In this document: positions 13,118-26,684 of the stretch, in pieces | Position numbering within the stretch: position 1 is the stretch's first letter | How the letters are laid out: each line of letters starts with the position of its first letter | Assembly: GCA_951406725.2 (NCBI GenBank) | Contig: OX597825.1 | Span: forward strand, 35,092,001-35,156,000 | Origin: Octopus vulgaris | Lineage: Eukaryota | Length of the DNA stretch: 64,000 nucleotides | Reading direction: 5' to 3' | Position numbers and translations under genes: made by a program | Notes under the pieces: generated by a model | What the model was told of the DNA's origin: nothing | The model's input: the letters and a program-made list of their open reading frames with translations, nothing else | Databases searched by the model: none

Positions 13118-13907
13118 ATATATACATCTATGTATGTATATGAAAGGTGGGATGTAAAGCCGAGAGTAGTTATTATTTAAGAGGAACAATCAGTTGGCAG
13201 TCCTTTACTAACTTGTCTATTTGTTGTATTTGTTATTTAGCCCAAAGAACTGCACAGATTCAGCAGACACAAAAATCAAAGACATTTTACGCATAATTGT
13301 CATGTATTTTGTTTTATAGACATAATGTAATTTGGGCTACATTATCTAATTTGCTTTTCAGCTTAAAAAAAATGTAGTGTGATAAAGCCAATAAAGTCAT
13401 TGATAAATTGGAAAGGCAACAGGAGCAAAGGAAATGCTAGCAGAAGCATTAAAAAAGCTTCTACAGCCTAGATTGAATAACATGTCTTAGGTAATGTGTG
13501 TATGTGTGTGTGTGTGTGTGTGTGTATGCACACAAACCAACTTAGATGAAATAATCTCTCTTTGTCTCATTATCAAAGAAACTAAAAGCTCAGAATTGCA
13601 CTCCTAAAATACTCATTAAAAAGTCATCAAATATATAAATACATCAATAAAAAAAATGAAGAACTAAGTCAATTAAGTCAATTGTAAAGTGATTTTTGAC
13701 CAGAAACAAGAATTTTGGAAGAACTACTGAACCTAAGAACAATATGTGTAAGAGATTTAAACATAAACCATGATGCTTACATATGTTTTATATGGTAGAT
13801 GAAAATATGTAAAGGTACTCGAATGTATAATTTGAGATATGTGATAAAGAATTTCAAATCATTACAAAACTATACTGAAGCAGCAGGGAGTGATCTGACT
13901 CCCACCC

Positions 13908-14070
13908 CCATCATCATTATCATCATTCTCACCATTTAACATTTGTTTTTCATGCTAGTATGGGTTAGGTGGTTCAAGAGGAGCTGATGAGTTAGAGGCC
14001 TGTGTCAAGTTCCAATGCCTACTTTGGCATGGTTTCTACAGTTAGATGTCTTTCCTAATACCAATCAGAA
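13908..14070 (-). mobile_element. SINE family D (Meta-domain-like), diverged
   Basis: (CAT)n tail, tttaac...catgctagtatgggtt, and ggtttctacagttagatgtctttcctaataccaa. A similar fragment lies at ~15755-15900. Confidence 0.6.
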
Positions 14071-14217
14071 TTGCCGATTGCTTTTACGTGGTACCGTACT
14101 AGAGAGGCTACCAAGTAATTCACAGGGTACCTCAACAGAGAAGTAGTAGTATTGAGAGAAGTGGCTTTATGTTAGTCAGGTGGTGAGGGGTTAAGGTACA
14201 TTAGAAGGACAGAAATA

Positions 14218-14451
14218 AAGGTGGCGAGTTGGCAGAAACGTTAGCACACTCGGTGAAATGCTTAGCTGTATTTCGTCTGCCGTTATATTCTGAGTTCAAA
14301 TTCTGCCGAGGTTGACTTTGCCTTTCATCCTTTTGGGGGGATCGATAAATTAAGTACCAGTTACTGGAGTCGCTCTAATTGACTTAATCCCTTTGTCTGT
14401 CCTTGTTTGTCCCCTCTATGTTTAGCCCCTTGCAGGCAATAAAGAAATAAG
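14218..14451 (+). mobile_element. SINE family A (tRNA head, Nin/Deu-like central domain)
   Basis: ggcgag(c/t)tggcagaaacgttagc head, gagttcaaattc B-box, and tttgcctttcatcct...gataaattaagtaccag core. Many copies in the window. Confidence 0.92.
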
Positions 14452-14639
14452 AAATAAATGTCTTGTTGTAAGGGAAGCAAAGCTGCGTACAATTCTCAAG
14501 CTCATTTAACCTATAAACTGCAGACCTTCAGAAAAGTAGATAACTTGTCAGGTATGTTCTGCAGGAGGTATGGATAGCAACAACCTAACATAGGCTGATT
14601 ATTCTGCCTTTATTAGCTGTTGGGAGATATGACCTTGTA

Positions 14640-15203
14640 ACTAAAGTAAATGACAAATGAAAGTTCTGTGAAATGGAAATAATTGTAAAGCAACACGAGT
14701 AATGCTAATCCGGAAAAAACAGCCAAATAAGAAATCAAAAAGAGGATTGAGATATCTAGAAAAGTAGTTTGAATGATGTCAAATATATGAACATAAAAAA
14801 GTGCTAATATTGAAAATGGAGAAAATATTATTAAAATGGTATGTATGGTCCACTCAATTATATGATTCTGAAAGATAGCCATTGAAATAGTATTATGGAA
14901 TTGATTAGAATCCCCTCAAATGTGGTAGTACTTTAGAGTATATTATACTTAAAATAGAAAAAAAAAAAGATTTATTAGACATCATCAAAGATAAAAAAAA
15001 AACCTGAAATATTTCGGACATTCAATTAGAAAAAAAAAAAAATGAAAGGCAAATAGAAAGAGAAAACCAAAGTATTATGTGGCTGGATGATATCAAGACA
15101 CAGATATACTTAAAATACAGAGAATGTATAGGGACAACACAAAGGAGATGGCGATAAATGGTATTCAACCTACAGATTTTCAGTAATGCCTGATGATGAT
15201 GAA
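14640..15203 (+). mobile_element. Highly decayed RTE-like LINE 3' end
   Basis: LKYFGHSIRK-like motif (~15004), WLDDIK-like segment, and a (GAT)n terminus. Confidence 0.55.
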
Positions 15204-15479
15204 GTTGTGTTTTGAAGAAGATTTTACCTCAATTTCTAGCAGGCTGAGCGACCACCTGGATGCTTCCTCATCTATCAGTGTTGTGCAATTGTTGGTTGTT
15301 GTCAGAAACTTCCAATTCATCTGACATTTTTTTTTGTCGTATAATTTTTTTGGTATACATCAGTATGCATAGTCTTTGCAATCCCTATAAGACTGGTAAG
15401 ATTGATGCAACTAATGTTCCTCATGGTACAGGAGGTAAAGAAAACAAGATTTGCTGGCAAGGATGATGTTTTGGGAGGA

Positions 15480-16470
15480 AGTGTTAGGCGCTGTGGTTAG
15501 TGCAGGGCTTCTCAGGTTGAAGCAATATGAGTGATGAGAGAAATGAGTGAGTAGGGAAGAGCAAAGAAAGACTACGGTACCAGTGGAAAAGATAGAGAAG
15601 AGACAGCACAACTGTGAACCAGAGATTGAAGAGTGTTGATGAGTCAGGTGGCCTATCTTTGGATGTGGTCTAGGATGTGTGCATAGCAGCAGTACCAGCC
15701 TGGGTGTAGGACGTGCATTCTATTATGGGTCTCACTTAAGCATTGTAAAGCTCAGCATCGTTTTAAAATCTACTTTTCCATGCTTGCATTCATCAAATGG
15801 AATTTGTCAAAGCAGATTTTCTTTGGCTGGGTGCCCTTCCTATTTCCAAGTGAGGTAGTATTTTCCACATGGCCAGACATGTTTCTGCAGAATATTAGAA
15901 GTCAATCACATGATATCAAGACAAGGAGACAAACCCCAGCCTCCTGAACACATGATGGACTGTCTTTAGTTTCTACCTAGCAGATCCACTTAGCCAAAGT
16001 AGTAGACACTTGCCTAAGGTGCCATGGAGTAAGACTGAACCTCAAATCATGCATTTGGAAAGCAAATTACTAAACCATACAACCATGTTTATGCCCATAA
16101 AGTGTTGGCTGTTATTGGCAGGCGAGCAGGATGAAGCATTCTCTGTCTCTGGAGAGCAAGGCCAATCATTGGGAAACAATCTTTGCTATATTGAGGATAT
16201 ACATTTATCAGGAAAGATCTTCACTGATGAGGAAGCTCAGGATTTGTAGCAATGGGTTATTTGGAGATTTAAGAAGCATTAAGCCACGGACATAAAACTT
16301 GTAATCTCATTAATCCCTAATTTTCAAGGCACCAGTTGCAATTGATTGGTTTGGATGTTCCCAGGATAGGCAACAGATTTAAAGGTATTTGGTGGATTCT
16401 ATGGATATTGAACTGTGTCTTGCTCTTCAGATTGGTGAAAGGGTAGGAAATACAATGTTAGTAAAAGGTC
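15480..16470 (-). mobile_element. Decayed L2/Crack-like LINE 3' region interrupted by SINE fragments (~15755-16100)
   Basis: Minus strand reads LYNA*VRPIIECTSYTQAGTAA, then ILDHIQR, resembling the YKAQVRP.MEY...WAG motif. Confidence 0.6.
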
Positions 16471-16830
16471 AATGATGAAGCTATATTTGTAGTCACTTGA
16501 TTTGCTAGAAATATCAGCCAAATCATTGGTAAAATTATATAGAACCATCTCAAATAAGGGAAAGGTGCATTAGATAACATAGTTTTAGACATCTCTAAAT
16601 GACAGAATGGTCACAGATGTTTTAGTTATAAATCAGAACTGATTTGCAGATGGGTGGGAGTGAAGATCAAACAACAAGAAACCGATGCTACTTTTTTTGT
16701 TTGCTCAACTTCCTGGTAGAAATAGTAGCTAAAACTCCCTCAAATCATATCCACATTACCTTCTTAAATAAAGGTAGTACACACGAAATAACTATTTCCT
16801 CCTCCTCATCATCATAATCATTTAATGTCC

Positions 16831-16870
<40 letters not shown>

Positions 16871-17414
16871 CGTATTTTAGTGCTGGTAGATGGTAATGGT
16901 GATGATGAATAAAACATATATTGAGATGAAGGATACGAGTTGGTCTGAAGGGGCCGAGTTAGCTTAGCAAAAACTAGCCAGCTGTCTGTAACAAGGGATA
17001 TTGTAGTACACCATATGTAGTAATATTGTTCAGATAGACAGGACACCTTGATAGAATTCGGTATAAAGAAAATGCAGTTTGTTGGTTCACATGATAATGT
17101 GCATTGATAAAACCAAAACTCAAACGATGGCTAGATTCACAATTTTAAAATAGAAAAACAAGGTTGTGTATTATTTCTTTTTTCTACATATTGCAATCTA
17201 TGATTTTATTTCTTATGCTTACATCGGCTGGAATGCTGGCATGAATTGCTTCGAAGCATGCCAATAACGAATAATCAAAATCAACACCACCATGTATAAT
17301 TCAAGATGAAAGTCTATTCCATGAAGTCAACCAACCATTATAATATAGCCAAACTATCTATAAAATTTGAACGCAACAACCATTCATAATAATACGCTAG
17401 AGAGAATTATAGGA

Positions 17415-17456
<42 letters not shown>

Positions 17457-18130
17457 GTATGTATACATTTATGTGTATGTGCATAGGTATATATATATAT
17501 ATATGTAAATACATATACATATATATATATAGGCATATCTATATATATGTGCGTGTGTGTGCCTATGCGTGCGTACGTGTGTGTGTGTATAACTATGTTC
17601 AATACACATATCTATAATTATATACACAACTATAGAAATATAGTGTCGTATGCACGCACATCTTAGATCAAAGAACTCATCCAAACAAGAAATGTTTCGC
17701 ATGGTAAACAAGAAAGTAACAGCTGTTCTGCAGAATATTTATTGTACCATTCTCTCAAGCACCACTACGGACCAACCGCCAACGGTCATTTAAGCTATAA
17801 GTAATATTGTTCTTTTGTATTCTTTCGCTTGGCTTATATTCCTTTCCTGACTGTTTAGTAGAATAGTTTATGTTATCATTTCTGGTTAGAAATAAATATT
17901 TATTCTTTAGTTACATTATTATAGAATGTAAAGAGTAGGCTGAAAGTTTGAAAGCAGTTCAAATTTAGTATCTAAAAAATATTGGAATGTTGGTCCCACC
18001 CATGACAGCATCGAAGGCGGACGTTAAATGATGATGATGATGTACATATCCATCGTTCACTTTAATATATATATATATATGCATATATATACTTATAGAC
18101 ACACATATATGTACATATACATACATTGTT

Positions 18131-18516
18131 TTCTTCTTTTACTTGTTCCAGTCATTAGAATGTGGCCATACATGAGCACCTCCTTTAGTCGAACAAATCA
18201 ACCCCAGGATTTATTCTTTGTAAGCCTAGTACTTATTCTACTGGGCTTTTTTTGCTGAACTACTAAGTTAAGGGACATAAACACACCAACACTGGTTGTC
18301 AAGCGATGGTGGAGGGACAAACACAGAAACACAAACACACACACATATATATATATATATATGACAGGCTTCTTTCAGTTTCCGCCTACCAAATCTCACA
18401 AGGCTTTGGTCGGCCCGAGGCTATAGTAGAAGACACTTGCTCAAGGTGACATGCAGTCGGACTGAACCCGGAATCATGTGGCTGGCAAGCAAGCTTCTTT
18501 CCACACAGCCACTCCA
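18131..18516 (-). mobile_element. SINE family B
   Basis: Full-length reverse-complement match to 22791-23203. Confidence 0.92.
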
Positions 18517-18524
18517 TATAAACA

Positions 18525-19420
18525 CAGATCCCACCAAAAAATGTATACACACTTCGAGAAAAGAAAAATTGTAGAAGTATTTAGAAAAAATTATTCAGAC
18601 ATCACGGGATAAATACAAGTTGCTTTTAACTTCTAGAATTACAAGAGCTGCCCAAAGTTTTGGCCAATAACTTTCAGACACTTATATGTACGTCGAACTG
18701 TTGATTGGGCAATGTTAGCCAGTGTCCAGTGGGATTACTGCACATGCTGTTTCAATTTCTTCCTGAAGGGCCGTAAGCGTAGCCAGTTTTCTGATACATA
18801 ACATCATTTAGGGTGCCCCTTAAGTAAAAGTTTGCCATAGTTAAATCAAGAGAATGTGCAAATAACTCAACTGCTCCTTTTCGTCCTATCCAGTGTCCTT
18901 GCAAATTCGCATCCAAGTAAGCTCACACATCTCAGCAGCAGTGTAGCGTTACGCCATCTTGTTGAAAAAAATTCCTCATTTCCATAAGTTGCATGTATAG
19001 CAGGTAAAATGGATGTATGTAGCACGTCCAAACATGCTTGACCAGTAACAGTATCTTCAAACAAGGTCTTATTAAACCTCTTGGTGACACTCCACATTAG
19101 ACACAGAACTCTGGTAAATTGACTGCTCTGACCACAAACAAGCAAGGATTTTCTGGTGCCAGGAAACACAATTAAGTTGGTTCACTGTTCCATTTCGTTT
19201 CATTTATACCTCATCAGACTACACAGTCGTCTCACATATTCATCCTAAGCTACCATGTGTTGAAAGCACTCACAAAAGTCAATTCTTCGATGAGGATTAC
19301 CATCTTTAATTACATATATTAACCTTGGGATGTAAACTTTCTACTTAGCTTTTTCTTGTCTCATGTGCACCTGCAACTCTAGATGGTAGGCCTTATTACT
19401 TATGCATGAAGTAGCAAGGG
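18525..19420 (-). mobile_element. Tc1/mariner-superfamily transposase pseudogene (WIGR...SPDLTP.DF type)
   Basis: Minus strand shows VWSDEV, frameshifted FQQDGVT, GHWIGRKGAVELFAHSLDLT..NFYL.G and LQEEIETACAVIPLDT. A TIR-like caccaaaaaatgtatacacact lies at ~18532. Confidence 0.88.
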
Positions 19421-19804
19421 AAAGTACTTATAAATAATGCAGAAATAATAACAATTTATAGTGACACATATACGGGGTCTCAAGAAGATCGTTGTTACTA
19501 TTCCTTTTGCATTACTTAAAAGTGTGTTTGCATGCTACCGCAACCATTAAAGTAATAAAGTATGTTTCTAAACCAGTTTGAATTTGGTTGGAGAAGTGGC
19601 TGGAAGTGTAAACATTTCTGAGTAAGAGAAGGCTACTGGACAGACATAAATAAATTACTGCTCTATACTTTTGTATTGAGTTATACTCTTCTGGATCGTT
19701 ACTTAACAACAGATATCAGTTGTGTATTAAGTTGACACAGACACACACATGTATATAGGTTTTATACACATATGTTTATAAACATACATGCATATATGTA
19801 TGCC

Positions 19805-19827
19805 TATATATAAGTGAGTATATTCAT

Positions 19828-19890
<63 letters not shown>

Positions 19891-20132
19891 CACATATATA
19901 TATATATACACATATATATATATACACATACATATATATACACATACATATATATATATACACATACATATATATATATACACATACATATATATATATA
20001 TACACACATATATATATATACATATATATATACATATATATATATACACACATATATATATATACACACATATATATATATCTACACATATATATATATA
20101 TACACATATATATATATATATACACATATATA
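19805..20132. repeat. Compound (TA)n/(CA)n microsatellite with ~18-20 bp higher-order period
   Basis: Repeated tatatatatacacatac units. Confidence 0.95.
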
Positions 20133-20477
20133 GTGATAAAAGTAAATAATTTCTATAAAGGCTTTAAAAAAACCCCAATTATTTACTGGTAGAATTCGGT
20201 ATGTAAATATAGCCGATTACCGGCAGGAACTTCTGTAAAGTTCAGTATATATATTGTATATAAGAAGAAGGGACAGGCAAAACAGGTTGCTTGACCGCAT
20301 ACCGAGAAAATAGAAATAGCAGTCAAGAATGCTTATTTCTATCAAAGTTGGACTCCGGGCATGACAGACCCTGTAATTCACATATGCAAAACAGAAGGAA
20401 TAGATAACGAATACGAAGTCTGGCGGTTATCTGTGAACATCATGTTTATATATATATACACACATATATATATATAT

Positions 20478-20511
<34 letters not shown>

Positions 20512-20585
20512 ATGATTGATTGATTGATGGACATATAGTGGTACGTAAGCCGACTCAGGAAATCTCTAGTGAGACTTTTTATTGA

Positions 20586-20629
20586 TGTACCTGAAGAAAC
20601 CTAGAACGGGTCGAAACATGTGTTGTACA
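20586..20629 (+). ncRNA. Minimal type I hammerhead ribozyme motif (Penelope-type)
   Basis: Stem I UGUAC/GUACA; core CUGAAGA; stem II ACCU/GGGU with an A.C mismatch at its base; GAAA; 2-bp stem III with palindromic ACAUGU; GUU cleavage triplet. Confidence 0.75.
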
Positions 20630-21171
20630 CAACAAAATCTATTACACATTCCATCTATTTTGCTAATACTGTTACCCCAACCGCCACTACGAAGTTCCTG
20701 CAATAAATCTATGGATAACAACAGGTAATCGAAACTGTGCCGGTGCTTTACTCATCATCCATTTATACATTTTGTACAATTTCTCCATTATAAATATATA
20801 TATATATATATATATAACAAAAATTTTATAAGAAAGACTGATGCCGAGTAGGTGATATACTGTCGATGAAATGCCACACTGATGAGTCTAAAAGACAATA
20901 TTTGTTCTGACAAATGTCTCAAACGCTACTTAAAAGACTCTTTTCAACTATAATTACTATACTGAATTAGCATAATACAGAGGTGTGTGTGTATTATGTG
21001 TGTTATTTATAGTATCAGTGTGTGTGTGTGTTTAGGTATGTATTCGTTTGGACACTTTGTTGCTCTGTTTAAAACTAACGAATATGAATCGATTAATAGA
21101 TTTTCTATCCAGATTTTAATTTTCATTTCTCAATTCATTATTTCACATAAACATGTGAAAAATATACCTAA

Positions 21172-21294
<123 letters not shown>

Positions 21295-22006
21295 AAAGCT
21301 GTCTATCTGTCTGTTTAATAGATAGGAAATATACAGAGTTGACATAAAATGCTTTTATGTTTCTTCTTCACCAACGGTTACTGTTTAACCTCAGGTCAAA
21401 GCCACGGGGTATGTCTCTGATCAATGTATTGCATCTATGATTGTGTGTGATTTTCTTTCTTGCATAAAGTATTTATGATAAGATTACTCAATAAGTCTGG
21501 TCAGTTTTAAATCTGTACTGTGATCTGATTAAACTTTGACTGCAATGTCGTAGAATGTGTAACTATTTAAATGATTCCTTAATTGGTGTAAGGTAAGTGG
21601 CCAGAAAAAAAGAGGAGAGAGGAAATTGGAATTTTGTGTTCACATCGGTGCCTCTAATGATGGTATTGACTTATATCTCAGATGAACACTGGAGTGTTGA
21701 CGTGACCCACCGGGGTTATAATACGACAGTTTGTCACTTACAGAGAGAAACAAGGAAATTGATATAGTCACACACTCGTTCTCTGACATACGAATACCAA
21801 CTTCAGAGGGATATAATTGTGTGCAATTTTCTATCTCAATTTTTCTACATGTAGTATGCCTTTTGACGCTATACATGTTACCAATGCACTATTTTACAAT
21901 GTTGTAAATGTTGTCCATTGCATATATTGATAATTGCATCAGACTATTTTGGTCTATGTCTTGAGAATTTCTGTACGATTATATATATATATATATATAT
22001 ATATAT

Positions 22007-22250
22007 TACTCTTTTACTTGTTTCAGTCATTTGACTGCAGCCATGCTGGAGCACCGCCTTTAGTAGAGCAAATCGACCCAGGACTTATTCTTTGTAAGCC
22101 TAGTACTTATTCTACCGGTCTCTTTTGCCGAACCGCTAAGTTATGGGGATGTAAACACACCAGCATCGATGTGGGGGTGGGGCAAACACAAACACATACA
22201 CACACACACATATATACATACATATATATGACGGGCTTCTCTCAGTTTCC
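22007..22250 (-). mobile_element. SINE family B, 5'-truncated
   Basis: Reverse complement of the 3' half of 22791-23203. Confidence 0.9.
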
Positions 22251-22790
22251 GGCTGAATTCAATTCGTCTCCAGTCGAAAGACGCCTGTTGTTATGTCCTG
22301 TTATTATTATTATTTTTTAAAAATATTATTTTTGTATTTATATTCGTGTAACATCGTCCGTTTTTCCGTCCTTGTTTCGTATACATTTGAAGCTTTTTTC
22401 CAAGGATTCTAATGCTCTTAGCCTAGTTTTTCCTTGGGGCAGGCCAGATTGGCGCAATCTCAAGATTAATCAGCTGAAATTGCGAGGATGATCCGGTTCT
22501 TGACTGAAGATTAAAGGCTTCGAATGACCCGTCCGTGTTTTTTTGTATCGTCTATCTGGATGTTTTGCGTTCTTGACCCATTTTGTATATATATATATAT
22601 ATGCGTGCATTCAAAATTAAGTTTGGCAAATATATTATGAAATTATATATCTACAACGTTATTACATGTCCTGCGATCATTATAACCAAGGAGGCCTCTA
22701 ACAAGAAATTTCACCAAAAGCATGAATTTTATTTACAAAACACCCTCATAACATAATAAAGAACATATGGTGATCTAAAATATTATTTAT

Positions 22791-22962
22791 AGGAGTAGGA
22801 GTGGCTGTGGCGTAAGTAGCTTGCTTACGAATCACATGGTTCCGGTTTCAGTCCCACTGCGTGGCACCTTGGGCAAGTGTCTTCTACTATAGCCTCGGGC
22901 CGACCAAAGCCTTGTGAGTGGATTTGGTAGACGGAAACTGAAAGAAGCCCTTCGTATATATG

Positions 22963-22995
<33 letters not shown>

Positions 22996-23203
22996 ATATG
23001 TTTGTGTGTCTGTGTTTGTCCCCTCAACATCGCTTGACAACCGATGCTGGTGAGTTTACGTCCCCGTAACTTAGCGGTTCGGCATAAGAAAACTGATAGA
23101 ATAAGTACTAGGCTTACAAAGAATAAGTTCTGGGTTCGATTTGCTCGACTAAAGGCAGTGCTCCAGTATGGCCGCAGTCAAATGACTGAAACAAGTAAAA
23201 GAG
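22791..23203 (+). mobile_element. SINE family B, full length (tRNA-derived, CORE-like, internal microsatellite, LINE-like tail)
   Basis: A-box gtggctgtg...taag, B-box ggtt(t)cagtccc, CORE-like caccttgggcaagtg, and tail ggcagtgctccagtatggccgcagtcaaatgactgaaacaagtaaaag. Confidence 0.93.
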
Positions 23204-24412
23204 TATATGCCGAGCGCCTTAATATGCACACCTATTTTTTTTTAACATTTGGAATGCATTGTTGAATTTCTCACAGATCAATACATTTGTCAATTGCATA
23301 GAGATGTTTGACGAAATGGTCTAATTATGTAATAAGATGATGTAATACATTATTGAACAAATAATTAACTGTTCTACAGAAACTTTTGTAATATGCGAAC
23401 AATATCTCAATTCATATTCTTTTATCACACACAAACATACACACATATATGCACTACAGCACTCACTTGCAAGAGAGTATGACATGGCACCATGGACATA
23501 CTTTCACCAGTAGTTTTGGGTGCCCACGCAGTCACAAGCAGGCCCTCACACTCTCACTTCTCCCATGCGTTACTCATCAGAACATCCATGATGTTTCAGT
23601 TAGAAAGAGAGAGAAAAAGAGAGAGGACTGTACTAGAATCAGGTCCTTATTACATGGTACTTATTACATATGTTTTAACTGAATGTACTAGAGCAATGTG
23701 AAACATAGTGCCTTGCTCTATAAAGACACAACTTTGACCAGGATTCGAAACCAGAATCTTATGATTGTGAATCCAATACTAGGCCGTGCTTCTTCAGTAT
23801 ATACGTTTGTGAGTTATAAATGGAGGCATGTTTAGCAACTCTAGTCCCATTGAAACGACTAAGCATTTCATAGTACTGACTGCTTACGTACGCATGCACG
23901 CACACTCACACACATTCAGAATTAAATTAGAGATTCGGTAACAAAGTCTTAAATTACATAATCTTTACACGTGTTCCACTAATGTATGTGATGCGGTAAT
24001 TGTTGCAAAGACGGTTGCATAATCACCCTATAATATTAGATCATCAGAAGAAAGCATTAATTTACACCACTGTTGATCACCGACGGCAGTTGGTAGACAG
24101 ATACAAGCTGAGAGCAACTTTTACAGCCGTCTTTGTAATAATTACAGCATAGTATACTATGGTAGTATAGGCAAGTGAAATACGTATAAATATGTAATTT
24201 ATGATGCTATATTAAAAAAATTGTTACCGTATCTCGAGTTTTGTTCAGAATCTGAACTATATACTCTGTAATCTATGCAAATGTATATAACAGCAAACGA
24301 AAATCGGCGGACAAATTGTTTAATATTTCATTAAAAGTTGGGCATACATGGATTTACATGGAGTTCTAAGCAAAGGTTATCTGTTAAACTATCTTATTCG
24401 AAGTAGCGACTT

Positions 24413-24473
<61 letters not shown>

Positions 24474-26140
24474 CACGTAGGTTTGTGTGTATACATATGT
24501 TTCAGAATATAAAGATATTGAGCTAGAATACATAAAGTCACAAGTTTATTTTATGTACTGTGATTTTATTCATTCAGTTTCATTGTTAGCGGTGATGATG
24601 TTGATGATGTAGTCATTGTCGTCATCGTCGATGTCCTACTTGACCCCCACGAAAGATCTGTACCTGAATAAATGGGGTTATTTACTCAACAACAAGGAAA
24701 CAAGAGGTAATTCTGAAACCAAAATGAATGGCATCAAAACAAAGAGCAAAGCTGTAACTACGAGTTCGTAGAGTACTTTAGATTACAAACCAACGAGTGA
24801 TTCTTACGTGCTCACTCTACCTGCTAGAAATATCAACCTAAATTCTATTGTCTTACGTCTGAAGTGCACACCAGTTAATATATCTTTAGAACTTGGAGTC
24901 CTCACGAGTGGAATGCCTTATAAGTTTATTCGGTCTGGGATTAAACACTAATAACAATGGCAAAGATATGAATGGCAATGACATCGCCAAGAATAACTAA
25001 AGTTTTCACCGATTTTCTTCTTTTATTATGGTTGGGTCGGGTTTAGTTTAATTGTGACTTCAGCCCTCGTTTTAATGACGATTAAATTTGTATGGCTCGC
25101 ACTAGGAATGATATGAAACTGTCTTTATTGCTCTGGAAAAAAAAATCGAGTTAACGTTGAACTCCTCACACTACTTCCCTCCCACTACATGAACAAATAA
25201 ACATTTGAATGGATATATTCTGCATATTGTTATTTGTTTTACATTTAGGTATTTAAACATGCGTTCACATGAATACATAAAAATTTAAGTGGGGATGGGA
25301 AACATTTAAAACATGTGCATAATAGTGCAATATATATATGTTTTGACAAGCATATGAATCTATAAAATATGTTTTCATATATAATGATTATAATAAATAA
25401 TCATTACCTACAGAAGCAGTATCAAAACCAAAAGTTAATCTTTATATCCAACTCAACGTGGATGTTTTGTTAGAATGCCGAATATCACGTTCTAATAATG
25501 ATTTTAAATGTAAAGCATCAAGAACCATGTATATGAATGATTTAACTGTGTATCTCGCAGTGAATATAACTGTAAATAATAGTTTACGCCATACTGGGTT
25601 AAAACCTCTTGGCTGGAAAAAAGACGGACTGCTACCTGCAGGGCTCGAACTAGACATCTTGTGTAACTACGAAACATGTACCATCAACTGCAGCAAAGAA
25701 ATCTTCTGTCTTTCTTCCATTAACGTATGTTTTAATCTCACAAACAACAAAGTAAGTTTGTTTACATTTAGACTACAAATGTAGAAGCCTTGAGAAATAC
25801 GTAAGTTATTTAACACAGTATCTCGAAGCATATGATACTGTTATAAATGATTATTAACTAAATACATTACAGCCTTTTATTTATAGCTTTATTTACTGCG
25901 AGATACACTATTAGATATAGCATGGTTATATATATGTAATACATTCAGAGTATTCGTTTTGCCCCAATACATACCTCGCTCTCGCAAATGCCTGGGGTTC
26001 GTGTCCGGACCTTCGAGCTGTTAAAACACGGTTTCCGCTGGTCGGTTCAATTTCAGTGCTACAAAAAAGTTTCCAGAGCAAAAGAATGTATGCTTTAATA
26101 AATAGAGAAAACAAGAAATGGAAATAGATATTAGGTTTAC

Positions 26141-26171
<31 letters not shown>

Positions 26172-26265
26172 AATGTATATGCGAGCGAGTAGACAAAAGA
26201 AAGAAAAGAGCACTCAACACATTTAGGAGTTACATGTATTATTTAAAACAGTTTGATTCAGCACC

Positions 26266-26677
26266 ATGTAACTTAACAGTTCGGCAAAAAAGACCGATAG
26301 AATAAGTACTAAGCTTACAAAAAATATGTCCTGGGGTCGAATTGTTCGACTAAAGGTGGTGCTCCTGCATGGCCACAGTCAAATGACTGAAACAAATAAA
26401 CGAATAAAAGAAATATACATACATATATACATAATACATACATACATGCATACATGTATACATACATACAAACAATTTTTTCTTTTTATTCATTTCAGTC
26501 ATTGGACTGCACCATGCTAGGGTATCATCTTGAAGGGTTTAGTCGGACGAATGCATCCTACTCATTATTTTTTCTCAAACCAAGTAATTATTCTATCGGT
26601 CTCTTATTCCGAACTGCTGAGTTATAGAGAGGTAGACATACCGGCACCGGTTGTCAAGGGGTGGTGGGGGACAAACA
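26266..26677. mobile_element. Two partial SINE B copies in tail-to-tail inverted orientation (26266-26411 +, 26482-26677 -)
   Basis: Both match the 3' half of SINE B and are separated by a (TACA)n tract. Confidence 0.8.
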
Positions 26678-26684
26678 TATATTC

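Noticed and set aside
19727-20149. [12 protein letters not shown]-rich ORFs here and throughout the window
   Set aside because: Translations of microsatellites.
21640-21736. Possible third NCX exon (DKLSYYNPGGSRQHSS...), open in the needed phase
   Set aside because: Weak AAG acceptor, no convincing donor and no recognisable NCX similarity.
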